A DNA stretch of 63,017 nucleotides, the filler included, from Octopus bimaculoides (Eukaryota): the NCBI RefSeq assembly GCF_001194135.2. It is 5 parts of 4 records of this genome, joined end to end, with 100 filler letters (N's around TTAATTAATTAA, not from the genome) between each part and the next. Parts side by side here need not be neighbours in the genome. Positions count along the whole stretch, not along the records: positions 34,487 to 55,264 come from NC_068988.1; positions 55,365 to 59,275 come from NC_068998.1; positions 59,376 to 63,017 come from NC_068991.1; 2 more parts are not named here. The stretch is one strand, 5' to 3'. The first letter of the stretch is position 1, and each line of letters begins with the position of its first letter. Below the pieces are notes generated by a model. The model did no database searches. It had not been told where the DNA came from and saw only the letters and a program-made list of their open reading frames with translations. The position numbers were made by a program, and so were the translations under genes. Positions 50,139 through 63,017 of the stretch are shown here, one piece after another.

Positions 50139-53065
50139 CTTACAGTATGACATAATATATGTACACCTATACATATAGTTTTATAAACAAATATTATTTA
50201 ATGTACACAGTATAAAAATACGAGCCACTAATAATTTCATGCATTGGAGACGCGAGTCTAGGTAGCTTTTTATAACATGCCTTGAGCCGCTAGATAATCC
50301 TCGGGTTTCATGCTTATGGCCAATTTAATTCATAAATCAGGACGTAGGCACAAGTAAAATCACGATTTTATATAAAACTATATGTACGGGTGTGTGTTTG
50401 TGAGTGTTTATATGTGTATATATGCAATGTATGTATGTCTCTTCTATTTTTTAATTATTATAAATCTTCCACTGAAGAGGGAGCCGGTTTCCAACAAAGA
50501 GACAAGGCTCCATGTACGTGCGTATGGATATCTCGATATGACGCATGCTGTAGTAGCCAAACCATTTTGCAATACAATTCGTTGAAAAGATAATCCCGAG
50601 AATAAAAATTTAATAACAAGTTACAGTGATGTTGAAAGTTGAACCACTCATAATATGAAAGAATATTGTTACTTAGATTGACCAGATTTCGCCGATGAAA
50701 AGTTGTATATCGCCTGAGGAGATGACGCTGTTATATAATAATAAGAAATTATGTAATACTGCATAATGAATTCCGCAATATTAAATAAATAACCACGCCG
50801 TTGAAACGCTTGCAGTACTGTTTTCAGCTGTTCATTCTTATTTCTTTACTACATGAGTCACAGCGTAATATGTAGCAGTTATTTCATTGATACATGTTCG
50901 GGTTTACCGGCTTATAACTTCGCATGGACAATTATAAAATCCAGTTGAATGATTTGGAGCATTTATGTATTCCTTTGGAGTCACCTGTTAGTGTGATATA
51001 CATGGAGGTTTTGGTTAATTTGTTAAAATACAAGCAAAATAGACCAGACATAACAATCTGGGATTGAAGAAAGAAATTCTGTACGATAGTAAAAATCATT
51101 CGCGTATCTGATGTTAGCATAACGATTACGGAAAAGTAAACATTTCTGCCGAACTTATGAAAATTCTGCTGTTACTTCACTTTGTATATAGCTTTACATT
51201 TATATCTATTATTATTACTGGAATACTTGGGAGTGTAAGTGACTCGGCTCCAATCTTGGGAAGTTAGACTTCAAAAACCAGAAAGGATACGGCTAATTAA
51301 GAAATTATTGCTACGAGATGTTAATACCACTGTAAAAATATGTAAAACATTCCAGTAGTTTTACATGTAATAAGTGCATGTAGACACATGTAGACATATG
51401 TATGAGGTGTACATATATATACATGTGTGTGTGTATGTGGTGTATATGTGTGTGTACGTGTCTGTGTGTGTATCAAAACACACAGTTTCAGGATCCACAC
51501 ATTCAATGACATTCTTACTTTCACATATGGAAGCGTGTAATCATACATACACAAATATACCTACGTACGCATACACAGATACATCCAAACACATGCGTGC
51601 GCGCACACCCACGCGTGCGCACGCACACACGCACACGTATATACACACAACAATCCAAATTGAAGTTGTCAAAATTCCAACGAAAGAGTCATATTTCTGG
51701 ACGAGAAACCGGTTCTCTATACGGGAAAGACTTTAGAAATATCGCCAGAACATACATACATGCATACATACATACATACGTACATACATACAAACATACA
51801 TACATACACATACATACATACACATACATACACATATATACACACACATATATACATGCACATACGTACGTATGTACGTACGTACATACATACACACACA
51901 TACATACGTACATACATGCACATACATACACATATATGCATGCATACACATATATGCATGCATACACATATATACATGCACATACGTACGTAAGTACGTA
52001 TGTACATACATACACACACATACATACATACATACATACATACATACAATACATACACATACGTACACACATACATCCATACACATACATAGAAACATGC
52101 ATACATACATACATATATACATACATACACACACACACACACATACGTCCATACAAAGAAAAATCATACATACACGATTGAATCTTCATTTGTTCCTATC
52201 ATCATGGGTGCATAAGGTTATGTACCTACAAATTTGCACAATAAAACTAGAAATACTCGGCTTCACGGAAAAAGAGCAAAAAAAAAACTTGACGCGGATT
52301 CTCCAAATTCAGTCCATTAGTGGCACAGTAAAGATATGTAAGACATCCCCAAAAATTTCCATCTAAGATTCTTTAAATGAATAGATGCACACACTTGTGT
52401 CTATGCATCGACAGTTCAACCAGCACACCAACTCATCCACATATTTACAAACATCGGGAACTGTCTTAACTCTAAAGATCCTGTCGCTTTATTAGCGACC
52501 GATTTGAACTCTTTCAAGAAATGCTTAAATAAAACTCAAAATTTAAAAAAATCAGGCTTATAGGTTCTGTACTTTGGCTATAAATTTTCATTTTCACCTT
52601 TCATCATTGGTGTATTAGGCTATGTAATCTGGGATTTGCCCCAAAACTTAGAAAAGCTACGAAAAAAAACTGATGCACATCCTCCAAATCCAATAGGGTT
52701 CCAGAGGAAATTTTAAAGTCATTCCGAGATCCGTTAAATGAATATATGCATATTGCTGGTTATGTGCATCTACAGAAATACGTATGCTAAAAGTAATAAA
52801 GCACACACAAACACACAAACGCGTATACGCGGGTCCAAACCCTTAACTACTAAAGTGACATGTTCACACGGACCATACGTACAAGTGCATACACCAACAT
52901 GTATATGCACACACTAACTCAACTACATATTTTTCAAATCCCGGGAACAGTGTTAACTCAAAATCCATCTTGTCACTTCGGTAGCGACAGATTTGAACTC
53001 CATTAAGAACTGAAATAAATTTACAATTCAATAATAAACACACATTTTATGTTACAAACACAGAT

Positions 53066-53296
53066 AAGGCGGCATACTGACAGAATCGTTGCCGCTTCGG
53101 CCAAAATGTTTAACGGCATTTCATCCGTCTTTACGTTTTGAGTTCAAATTCCGCCGAGGTCCACTTTGCCTTTCATCCTTTTGGGGGTCGATAAAATAAG
53201 TACCGGTTATGCACTGGAGTCGATGTAATCAACTTACCCTCTCCTTCTTCCGTCTTCCCCGAACCTGCTGGCCTTGAGCCAAAATTTTAAACCAAT
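53066..53296 (+). mobile_element. SINE family C
   Basis: AAGGCGGC..GACAGAATCGTT..GAGTTCAAATTCCGCCGAGG..GGGGTCGATAAAATAAGTACC. Confidence 0.88.
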
Positions 53297-53884
53297 ACTT
53301 CAAGTATAAATCTTTTTATTTAGGGTTGTTCACCTTACAACAGGCCTTCTGCTATTGGTTTGTGTTAAATACATNNNNNNNNNNNNNNNNNNNNNNNNNN
53401 NNNNNNNNNNNNNNNNNNNNNNNNNNNNNNNNNNNNNNNNNNNNNNNNNNNNNNNNNNNNNNNNNNNNNNNNNNNNNNNNNNNNNNNNNNNNNNNNNNNN
53501 NNNNNNNNNNNNNNNNNNNNNNNNNNNNNNNNNNNNNNNNNNNNNNNNNNNNNNNNNNNNNNNNNNNNNNNNNNNNNNNNNNNNNNNNNNNNNNNNNNNN
53601 NNNNNNNNNNNNNNNNNNNNNNNNNNNNNNNNNNNNNNNNNNNNNNNNNNNNNNNNNNNNNNNNNNNNNNNNNNNNNNNNNNNNNNNNNNNNNNNNNNNN
53701 NNNNNNNNNNNNNNNNNNNNNNNNNNNNNNNNNNNNNNNNNNNNNNNNNNNNNNNNNNNNNNNNNNNNNNNNNNNNNNNNNNNNNNNNNNNNNNNNNNNN
53801 NNNNNNNNNNNNNNNNNNNNNNNNNNNNNNNNNNNNNNNNNNNNNNNNNNNNNNNNNNNNNNNNNNNNNNNNNNNNNNNNNNNN

Positions 53885-53930
<46 letters not shown>

Positions 53931-54377
53931 TATACGCGCGCGCGTACATAACCAGTGGGCTTGTGCGTGTCTATGTATGTGTACGATAATATACGTGTTT
54001 GTATATACGTGTATCTGTACGTGTAGCAAAGGAGTGTATTGCGTACTTCCTTACTGAATCAATACCCGGTTCTCATTAAGAATGCGCCGAGAACGAGGTG
54101 CGTAAAACGAATACGGGAAAAGGGAAGGGAATATGAGACTGCGGGTGCCACGCTACCCGTTCATTTTATACACTTTCCTACTTTCTGACCCGGTTCATCT
54201 AATGAGAACTTTGTGTATCAGCAGCCAATGATAAACCGTTTTTCTAGCCGGATTACTTGACTTTAAGTAATCCGGCTGGAAATCCGATCGATGAAACGTA
54301 CTTTTGTGTCGATAACACTCCAAGCATTGCCTGTCCAGTAAATTGGTACACATTCGTCAATATTACATTTTATAATT

Positions 54378-54760
54378 AAGGCGGCGAGCTGGCAGAATCG
54401 TTAGCACGCCGGGCGAAATGCTTAGCGCGGTATTTTGTCTGTCTTTACGTTCTGAGTTCAAATCGTGCCGAGATCGACTTTGCCTTTCATCCTTTCGGTA
54501 TCGATAAAATAAGTACCAGTTGAGCAATGAGGCCGATGTAATCGACTTGCCCCCTCACCGAAATTGCTGGCCTCGTGTCAACATTTGAAATGGATACGAT
54601 ATTTTATAATTAAGGCGGCGAGCTGGCAGAAACGTTAGCACGCCGGGCGAAATGCTGAGCGGTATTTCGTCTGTCTTTACGTTCTGAGTTCAAATTCCGC
54701 CGAGGTCGACTTTACCTTTCATCCTTTCAGGTTTGATAAATTAAGTACCAGTTGCGTATT
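54378..54760 (+). mobile_element. Tandem SINE family C pair (54378-54600 with 11-bp TSD; 54612-54760)
   Basis: ATTTTATAATT at 54367-54377 and 54601-54611. Confidence 0.9.
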
Positions 54761-55142
54761 CTAGTAATCGCGAAATCGGTCGATACATAGTTGAGTTATT
54801 TAAAAGAAAGTTGGTTTCTTCTGATGGTTGCTTTCCTCGCATTCAGTACTAAAATGTGTTCGTTCGGGAAGTCTAGTGTGTGGCATTATTCTATAGTAAT
54901 GCCCTTATATAAATATCACACATGCATACGTCAAGATCACCAGCATCTATCTCTCACACACACAGCTCCTCGTTCTTTGATCACCGTTCTTTCTCCCCCT
55001 TTTGTTATCTCCCCCTTTTCTTAGCTCGCCTGTGTAAAATTTCTAACTTCCGGTCAGCCATAGCTATGATTGACCGTTGACCGAACACTATTCAATTTTT
55101 TTCTCCGTGTTTTTCTCCTTGTTTTCTCCGTATTTTTTTCTG

Positions 55143-55170
55143 TTGAAGAGCGTAGCTCGAAACGTTAAAG
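55143..55170 (+). ncRNA. Minimal hammerhead-like motif (C3>U variant) in a PLE-like 3' region
   Basis: UUGAAGA-GCGUAGCUC-GAAAC-GUU-AAAG, with a palindromic ACGU stem III. Confidence 0.4.
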
Positions 55171-55364
55171 ACTTTCCGTATTCCCGAGCGTCATACTAAT
55201 ACATCCTTTTGTTGTTTACACCACCTGTCCTCGTCTGTTGTTGTTTTTTCGTACATTCTCCCCCNNNNNNNNNNNNNNNNNNNNNNNNNNNNNNNNNNNN
55301 NNNNNNNNTTAATTAATTAANNNNNNNNNNNNNNNNNNNNNNNNNNNNNNNNNNNNNNNNNNNN

Positions 55365-55406
<42 letters not shown>

Positions 55407-55823
55407 GTATATATACATACATATACATCTATCTATATATATATATATATACACACATACACATCCCTAAATACATGCACGAGCGGAAGATAATAAAATG
55501 ATTTGTTTCCTTTTCTATTTGTAAGAATTTCGATATGCTTGACTCCGCCATCCCAACCCGGACCAGCTACCTCACCATTGTTCCCCCACCCTCGATCCAT
55601 CCCTTCTACTACTACTACTACTACTACTGCCCCTCCTCCACCTCCTCCACCTCCAGCGTTGCTTCCGACTCCACCGCTACCATCACCACGATCAACTCCA
55701 CGTTGTCCGATGTCTTTTAATAGATTTCTTGCCGCATAACATTCCTACTTAGATCCATTCTCATATCTATTGATTCCCGTTGTCAGCAATAGTGAAACGC
55801 CATGTCTAGTATTGTTGTACAAA

Positions 55824-55883
<60 letters not shown>

Positions 55884-56195
55884 ATAATGGTGAAGTGCGT
55901 GTGTATGTAGGGACAGACGGTCTAGTGGCACTTGCTCTCTCTCTCTCTCTCTCGCTCTTTCTCTTTCAATTTCACACCCACAAAAAGGTCTCCTTCTACC
56001 TCGTCCTTTCGTATATATGTATGTATGTATGTGTGTATGTGTGTATGTATGGATGTATAAAATATAATATATATACATACTTATACACATATATATCGAG
56101 CTGCATCATATAAATATCATTTCACAAATATATGCATATATATATATATACATACAAACACATACATATATATATATACATGTATATATAAGTAC

Positions 56196-56235
<40 letters not shown>

Positions 56236-56633
56236 GTAAATGTATATATATATATAAATATATATATATATACATATGTAAATGTATATATATATATAAA
56301 TATATATATATATACATATGTAAATGTATATANNNNNNNNNNNNNNNNNNNNNNNNNNNNNNNNNNNNNNNNNNNNNNNNNNNNNNNNNNNNNNNNNNNN
56401 NNNNNNNNNNNNNNNNNNNNNNNNNNNNNNNNNNNNNNNNNNNNNNNNNNNNNNNNNNNNNNNNNNNNNNNNNNNNNNNNNNNNNNNNNNNNNNNNNNNN
56501 NNNNNNNNNNNNNNNNNNNNNNNNNNNNNNNNNNNNNNNNNNNNNNNNNNNNNNNNNNNNNNNNNNNNNNNNNNNNNNNNNNNNNNNNNNNNNNNNNNNN
56601 NNNNNNNNNNNNNNNNNNNNNNNNNNNNNNNNN

Positions 56634-56664
<31 letters not shown>

Positions 56665-56796
56665 ATATATGTGTATGAATATACATATTCATAAATATAC
56701 ATGTGTATATATGCATATTAATATATATAGATATAGGCAAACACACACACACACACGCGCACATACACATACATATATATATAGGGAGAAAGAGAC

Positions 56797-56886
<90 letters not shown>

Positions 56887-57073
56887 GCGGACTTAAACAT
56901 GCCTCTGCGTGTGTGAGTACATTCAGTATTGGAAAACGCTACAAAAATCCCTTCAAATTAAACTCTGACATTTTTCACACAAATTATAGAAATTATATCT
57001 TCCCACTCTACACAACGTATGTCGTTCACCTACCCATGCTTGTAAACTCAAACACACTTTGTCTGTCTTTCTG

Positions 57074-57107
<34 letters not shown>

Positions 57108-57263
57108 GACATCTTACGGTTATGTTTTGATATATAATTAATCTACTACAGAAAATATTTTCCAGTATTTTGCATACCTTACACAAGTATAACAGTTACA
57201 AAGCCTTGGATTTTAACCCACTCTACATACTATATAAGTGTATGTGTGTGTGTATGTGTGTGA

Positions 57264-57306
<43 letters not shown>

Positions 57307-57605
57307 NNNNNNNNNNNNNNNNNNNNNNNNNNNNNNNNNNNNNNNNNNNNNNNNNNNNNNNNNNNNNNNNNNNNNNNNNNNNNNNNNNNNNNNNNNNNNN
57401 NNNNNNNNNNNNNNNNNNNNNNNNNNNNNNNNNNNNNNNNNNNNNNNNNNNNNNNNNNNNNNNNNNNNNNNNNNNNNNNNNNNNNNNNNNNNNNNNNNNN
57501 NNNNNNNNNNNNNNNNNNNNNNNNNNNNNNNNNNNNNNNNNNNNNNNNNNNNNNNNNNNNNNNNNNNNNNNNNNNNNNNNNNNNNNNNNNNNNNNNNNNN
57601 NNNNN

Positions 57606-57688
<83 letters not shown>

Positions 57689-58079
57689 ACATATATGTAC
57701 TTATATATATATATATGTATATATATGTATATACATACATATATTTACACACACACTAGTCTATATACTGAAGAATTTTTTTGTTTCAGTCGCATAGTCT
57801 CTCTCTCTACCGCCCTCAATCCACCTTTCTCTCATCTATTTCTGTAACGAAGAACTCAGCACCGTCAATCAACATCTTAATACCTTAACATTACATCATC
57901 ATCTGATGAACTGTAGTAACAACATATAAAATAGATATTTTTCTTTTATTAAATTCCTCCATCACACGGCATAACCTGTATTTATCTTAATGACGTATAT
58001 TTTAATTAAGCATATTAATTTTAATTAATTAATTCTCGGAGAGTATTGTAGTTCGTTTGAAGCATTGTGTATTGTTGTA

Positions 58080-58360
58080 AAGAATAAAAGTTTAGAATGG
58101 TACACCAATGCACTATAATACAAAAAAAAATGGACTATATACCTGGTGTAATTTAGTCATCCATAGTCCGATGATATTTCGGATTACAATTCCTTCTTCG
58201 GATATTCTTAGATGGAGTCACTGCTATAATCTAAGAATATCCGAAGAAGGAATTGTATTCCGAAATATCATCGGACTATGGATGACTAAATTACAACAGG
58301 TATATAGTCCGTTTTTTGTATTATAGTGCATTGGTGTACCATTCAAAACTTTTTATTCTT
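58080..58360. repeat. Near-perfect ~280-bp foldback (probable MITE)
   Basis: Arms at 58080-58213 and 58229-58360, about 95% complementary, with a 15-nt loop. Confidence 0.95.
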
Positions 58361-58539
58361 TAATTAATTCTAATTAAACAATATTTGTATTTAACATATT
58401 CACATCACAATCAGCTTTAGAAATTTATAGTGTGTATAGAATCACACTGGCGTTCTGCATATGTAGACCCAGCATACATACATACATACATACACACAAA
58501 TACACATATATAGATACATAGATATATACATATATTCTT

Positions 58540-58744
58540 TTATTCCTTTATTTGTTTCAGTCATTTTGACTGCGGCCATACTGGAGCACCGCCTTTTAGT
58601 CGAGCAAATCGACCCCAGGACTTATTCTTTGTAAGAGTAGCACTTATTCTATCTGTGTCTTTTGCCGAACTGCTAATTTACGGGGACGTGAACACATCAG
58701 CATTGGTTGCCAAGCGACGTGGGGGGATAAGCACAGACACACAA

Positions 58745-58787
<43 letters not shown>

Positions 58788-58885
58788 CCACGGGTTTCTT
58801 TCAGTTTCCGTCCACCAAATCCATTCACAAGGCTTTCGTCGGTCCGAAGCTAGAGTAGAAGACACTTGCCCAAGGTGTCACGCCT
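58540..58885 (-). mobile_element. SINE family B with internal (CA)n(TA)n
   Basis: TTTGTTTCAGTCATTTTGACTGCGGCCAT..GCTAATTTACGGGGACGTGAAC..CGGGTTTCTTTCAGTTTCCGTC. Confidence 0.9.
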
Positions 58886-59231
58886 GTTATTAAATATATG
58901 CAACTACAACTGCATGTGCTGTTACATCTCATATGAAGTGGTTCCTATTTACAGCTAGCTAAGACTTCGCTGTTGGAATGCTAGGTGATTTATATTCAAA
59001 TACGATGTAAAACAAATCAGTGGAAACAAAATGGCTGCTCAATATCCGACATTATTTCCCTCAAGATGACTAACTTTACAATCTCTATCTATCTATCTAT
59101 CTATCTATCTATCAATCCATCTAGCTAGCTAGCTACCTACCAACATACATACATACATACCTGCCCGCCTGCGTGCCTACATACTTACGTACCAACATAT
59201 GTGTGTATGTATGTAGGTATCTATCTAGCAT

Positions 59232-59275
<44 letters not shown>

Positions 59276-59414
59276 NNNNNNNNNNNNNNNNNNNNNNNNN
59301 NNNNNNNNNNNNNNNNNNNTTAATTAATTAANNNNNNNNNNNNNNNNNNNNNNNNNNNNNNNNNNNNNNNNNNNNAAATAATATATATATACATTTATTT
59401 ATTTATACCGACAA

Positions 59415-59610
59415 ACATAGCTGTGTGGTAAGTAGCTTGCTTACCAACTACTACATGGTTCCGAGTTCAGTGCCACTGCGTAGCACCTTGGGCAAGTGCC
59501 TTCTACTATAGCCACGAGCCGAACAAGGCTTTGTGAGTGGATTTAGGAGGCTGAAGCTAAAAGAAGCCCGTCTATGTGTGTGTGTATGTGTGTGTGTGTG
59601 TGTGTGTGTC

Positions 59611-59644
<34 letters not shown>

Positions 59645-59892
59645 TTTGTGTCTGTGTGTGTGTGTGTATGTGTCTTTGTGTCTGTGTTTGTATCTCCACC
59701 ATCACTTCACCAGTGATGTTGGTGTGTTTACGTCTCCGTAACTTAGCAGTTCGGCAAAAAAGATCGATAGAATAAGTACTAGGCTTAGAGAAAATATGCC
59801 CTAGAGTTGATTTCTTCGACTAAAACCCCTTTAAGGCGTTGCTCAAGCATGCCCGCTGTCAAATGACTGAAACAAGTAAAAGAATAAAAGAA
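59415..59892 (+). mobile_element. SINE family B, near full length, expanded internal (GT)n
   Basis: GCTGTGTGGTAAGTAGCTTGCTTACCAA head through AAATGACTGAAACAAGTAAAAGAATAAAAG tail. Confidence 0.92.
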
Positions 59893-60099
59893 AATCAGAC
59901 AAATGTGTCTTCTGGTATTGCTGCAATTATTGTTTCATTAGGAATCTTTGTTTTGATAGAAGCAAAATATAATTGGAATTTGTAATATGTTAAATAACTC
60001 CCAACTCATTTGGTCACCAAATAAACAAGTGAATAGTAACTTGTTAATCAATGACCAGATCATCAACGAGAGAAATATCTAATCAGAGTTACTAATATT

Positions 60100-61900
60100 T
60101 AAGAAATTTAAAGCTTGTATGTCTCCCACTTACCAATCTAACGAGTAGAATATAGTCGTAAATATAGGCTTAAAGGCACTAATATCCTAAAGAAGTCATT
60201 AAGCCTAGTGACTGCACCTACAGAGGAATGTAGCTGCAGCATTTACTTGAATAAAGCAGATAGTAGGCGCAAGTGTAACATTTGTCTCAAACAAAATATG
60301 CTTAAAGCAGCTGCCAAGACGGCTCAAAAAGCAAAAACAAAAAAAGAATTTTTTAATGATAATAATAAGTATTAATGAACTCTATTACTTTAAAGTCTTT
60401 GGAATAAACGCCGCTAAGCATTTTGCCCGCCGTGCTAACGATTCTTATTTCTTTATTGCCCACAAGATGTTAAACGTAGAGGGGACAAACAAAGGGACTA
60501 AGTCGATTATATCGACCCCTGTGCGTAACTGATACTTAATTTATCGACTCCGAAAGGCAAAGTCGACCTCGGCGGAATTTGAACTCAGAACGTAACGGCA
60601 GACGAAATACTGCGAAGCATTTCGCCCGGCGTGCTAATGATTCTACCAGCTCGCCACCTTTGGGTAGCTTAGAACAATAAAATATATATATAGATTAATA
60701 AAGTTCAGAAAGACTATTTCGGAACTAATAGAACATTGGCATCACTTAACGGAGATCCAAATAATTACAATACAGAGAGAATAAATTAGAACAAAACCGT
60801 TGAGTTAAGTTCTCTGCGGAATTCTGGAGGATAGGGTGGGAAAACAGGGATGGGGGTAAAAGGAAAATAAATAATAGAAGCAAAATGAGATAAATCAAGT
60901 AGAGTGAAAAAACTTGTCTGTGGGTTGACAGGAAGACAGTAATGGTATAAAGAATTAATTAATGACTAACCTATTATAGGCACAAGGCCTGAAATTTGGG
61001 GGTGGGGTAGAGTCGATTACATTGATCCAAGTAAAGAACTGGTACTTACTTTATCGATTCCGAAAGAATGAAAAGTAAAATCGAACGCTGCGAAATTTGA
61101 ACTCAGAACGTGAAGATTGACAAAACGCCGCTAGGTATTTGCCCAGCGTGCTAACAAGTCTGCCAGCTCGCCACCTTTGGGTAGCTACGAATAATAAAAC
61201 ATATATATACTTTTCTATTCTAGGCACAAGGCACGAAATTTTGGGGGAGTGGGGCAGTCGATTAGATCGACCCCAGTACGCAACTGGTGCTTAATTTATC
61301 GAATCCAAAACGATGAAAGGCGGAATTTGAACTCAGAACGTAAAGATATATATATAGGTAATTCACTGTGTTAGCTTGAAGATATAAATTTATGAATTTA
61401 TGAGTTTATGTAGGTTGATTAATGGAGTATGTAAAAAATTTTCAGTTGACAAAGAAAAGCAGAACCGATAAACGCGATAAATAAGCCATCTTATCGTTTA
61501 TTTCGACTAAATTGTCCTAAATTATTAAGAATAAAGTAAATCAATTAAAATCATGCAAGTACAGTAGATAGATTAAACATTACCAAGTGGTTAAAATCGT
61601 TGGGATTAATAAGTTGTTAAAAGAGTTCATAAAACTTATGAGTTATAGACTCTATGTGCTAGTTAAGAGAGTTTATAGGGACATAACTACACAAGGGAAG
61701 AGGATGCAGTTTTTATAAAGATATCCCAAAGCTAGAAGTAAATTTTAAAAATTATTACATTAAATACTCTAAATGATACAAATATATATTACAGCCATCA
61801 GTATCTGTTGTTAGAACTAATGACAGGTAAGAGCAATTTGAATATGATATTACAACTATAATAGTATTAAGGCACTTTGTGCTAGTTAGAGATAATTTAT
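60100..61900 (+). mobile_element. Possible ancient L1/Tx1-type remnant interrupted by SINEs
   Basis: A-rich plus strand with scattered endonuclease-like words (VVNIGLK, FRLNCPKLL resembling WRLNxSLL). Too decayed to confirm. Confidence 0.25.
60405..61343 (-). mobile_element. Cluster of SINE family C copies (60405-60660, 60971-61177, 61210-61343)
   Basis: Repeated GGCGGAATTTGAACTCAGAACG and CCAGCTCGCCACCTT head complements. Confidence 0.88.
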
Positions 61901-62942
61901 GGATCTTAGTGATTAAAGTCTATACCGTAAGTTTACGGGTACGAATGCAACAATCAAGAGAAAGACCTATAGAATCAGTCTAAAGTGGGAAAAAAGATCT
62001 TCGATAAGAATGTGAACGTTGGATCCTTTGTTCGTCCGATCTATTAATGACCTCACTCGTGCATTTTAAGATTTCTAACAACTCCATGCAACATAGATTA
62101 CAACCATATTTCTCACGATCAAACGGCTGAGCGTGTCTAGCGATGTTCCGCGTTAGATGAAAATCAACATGCTTACACATATATATATACATATAGGTGT
62201 GTGTGTGTGCACAGACACGCACATATAGTTGCATCAAGGGATGGTCATTACGCCAATAAGAAACACATGCACTGGTTCTATTTCACTTCTTTTTGTTATG
62301 ATCAGTCAACTAGTTAACCATTTAATCAATTAACTAATCGATTGTTTCATTCAGTGTTGGGTCAATCAATCAACTATGTTCGTCAGTGACCTTTCGTCGT
62401 CATTCACGATCTTATCAATCACGTGCCCTCACTATTCTAGAGCTGTCTGTCTCTTAGTTTTCGGAATGTATGTTTATATTTATGATGATGATGTTAGAGA
62501 GAATGTGTCAGTAAAAGAAAAATGTGTGTGTGTGTGTGTGTCTAGTTGTGCGTGTGTATGTATGTGTGCATGTATGTGTGAGTGTGTGTGGGTGTTTGTG
62601 GGTAACTGCTCATGCAGTGGATTGTGTAGGTATGTACATGTGTGTATGTGTATGCACACGGTGTAGACTCTGTGATAGGTGTGAATGGTTAAACATTTAT
62701 TTATTTATTTTACGGTTAATACTTTTGTTTTTGGGAATGGACTACGTGTCTGTAGGTGTGCGCTGGTGCATGTGCGTGCCTTGTATGAACATTCAACTCC
62801 AGTCACTTTATTTTTTTTCGAATGGTGCAGGTCATGCTACAACTTTATTGCGCTTTTCATCTCTCATTCTAAGAGAATAAAGAATTTATCAACCAAAGTA
62901 CTACTCTTCACACAAACAAATGCAAAGCATATAAAGACATAA

Positions 62943-63007
<65 letters not shown>

Positions 63008-63017
63008 CACACACACA

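Noticed and set aside
50472-50511. CTGAAGA followed by a GGAGCC/GGCTCC stem
   Set aside because: There is no GAAA or stem III after stem II, so it is not a hammerhead as it stands.
2265-62942. Dozens of long ORFs rich in YI/CV/HT/X in the supplied track
   Set aside because: They are translations of (TA)n, (CA)n and (CATA)n microsatellites and N runs, not genes.

Overview
This is eukaryotic (animal) genomic DNA: AT-rich, microsatellite-dense, with many N gaps, from a draft assembly. The repeat landscape (tRNA-derived SINEs with a TCG/Arg-like head, CORE-like SINEs, abundant (CA)n/(TA)n/(TATC)n) suggests a cephalopod such as Octopus; that assignment is inference. No complete host protein-coding gene can be read. 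Most ORFs in the track are artefacts of microsatellites or N runs. The recognisable coding remnants all come from transposons: R4/Dong-like and CRE-like RLE LINEs, a Tx1/L1-type APE-RT LINE, an RTE LINE, two Penelope-like (PLE) RT fragments and mariner transposase fragments. There are also several MITEs and at least three SINE families. The most notable signals are: (1) a canonical type I hammerhead ribozyme at 46600-46690, inside a ~464-bp direct repeat that carries an inverted antisense copy (PLE pseudo-LTR/retrozyme-like), plus about seven more intact or decayed hammerhead motifs across the window; (2) a palindromic MITE centred on an inverted (TAACCC)5-TA-(GGGTTA)3 telomeric junction; (3) a structured 278-bp-period repeat; (4) a ~280-bp near-perfect foldback; (5) a promoter-like CpG-rich island and isolated candidate host micro-exons, all low confidence. 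Many element boundaries are approximate.
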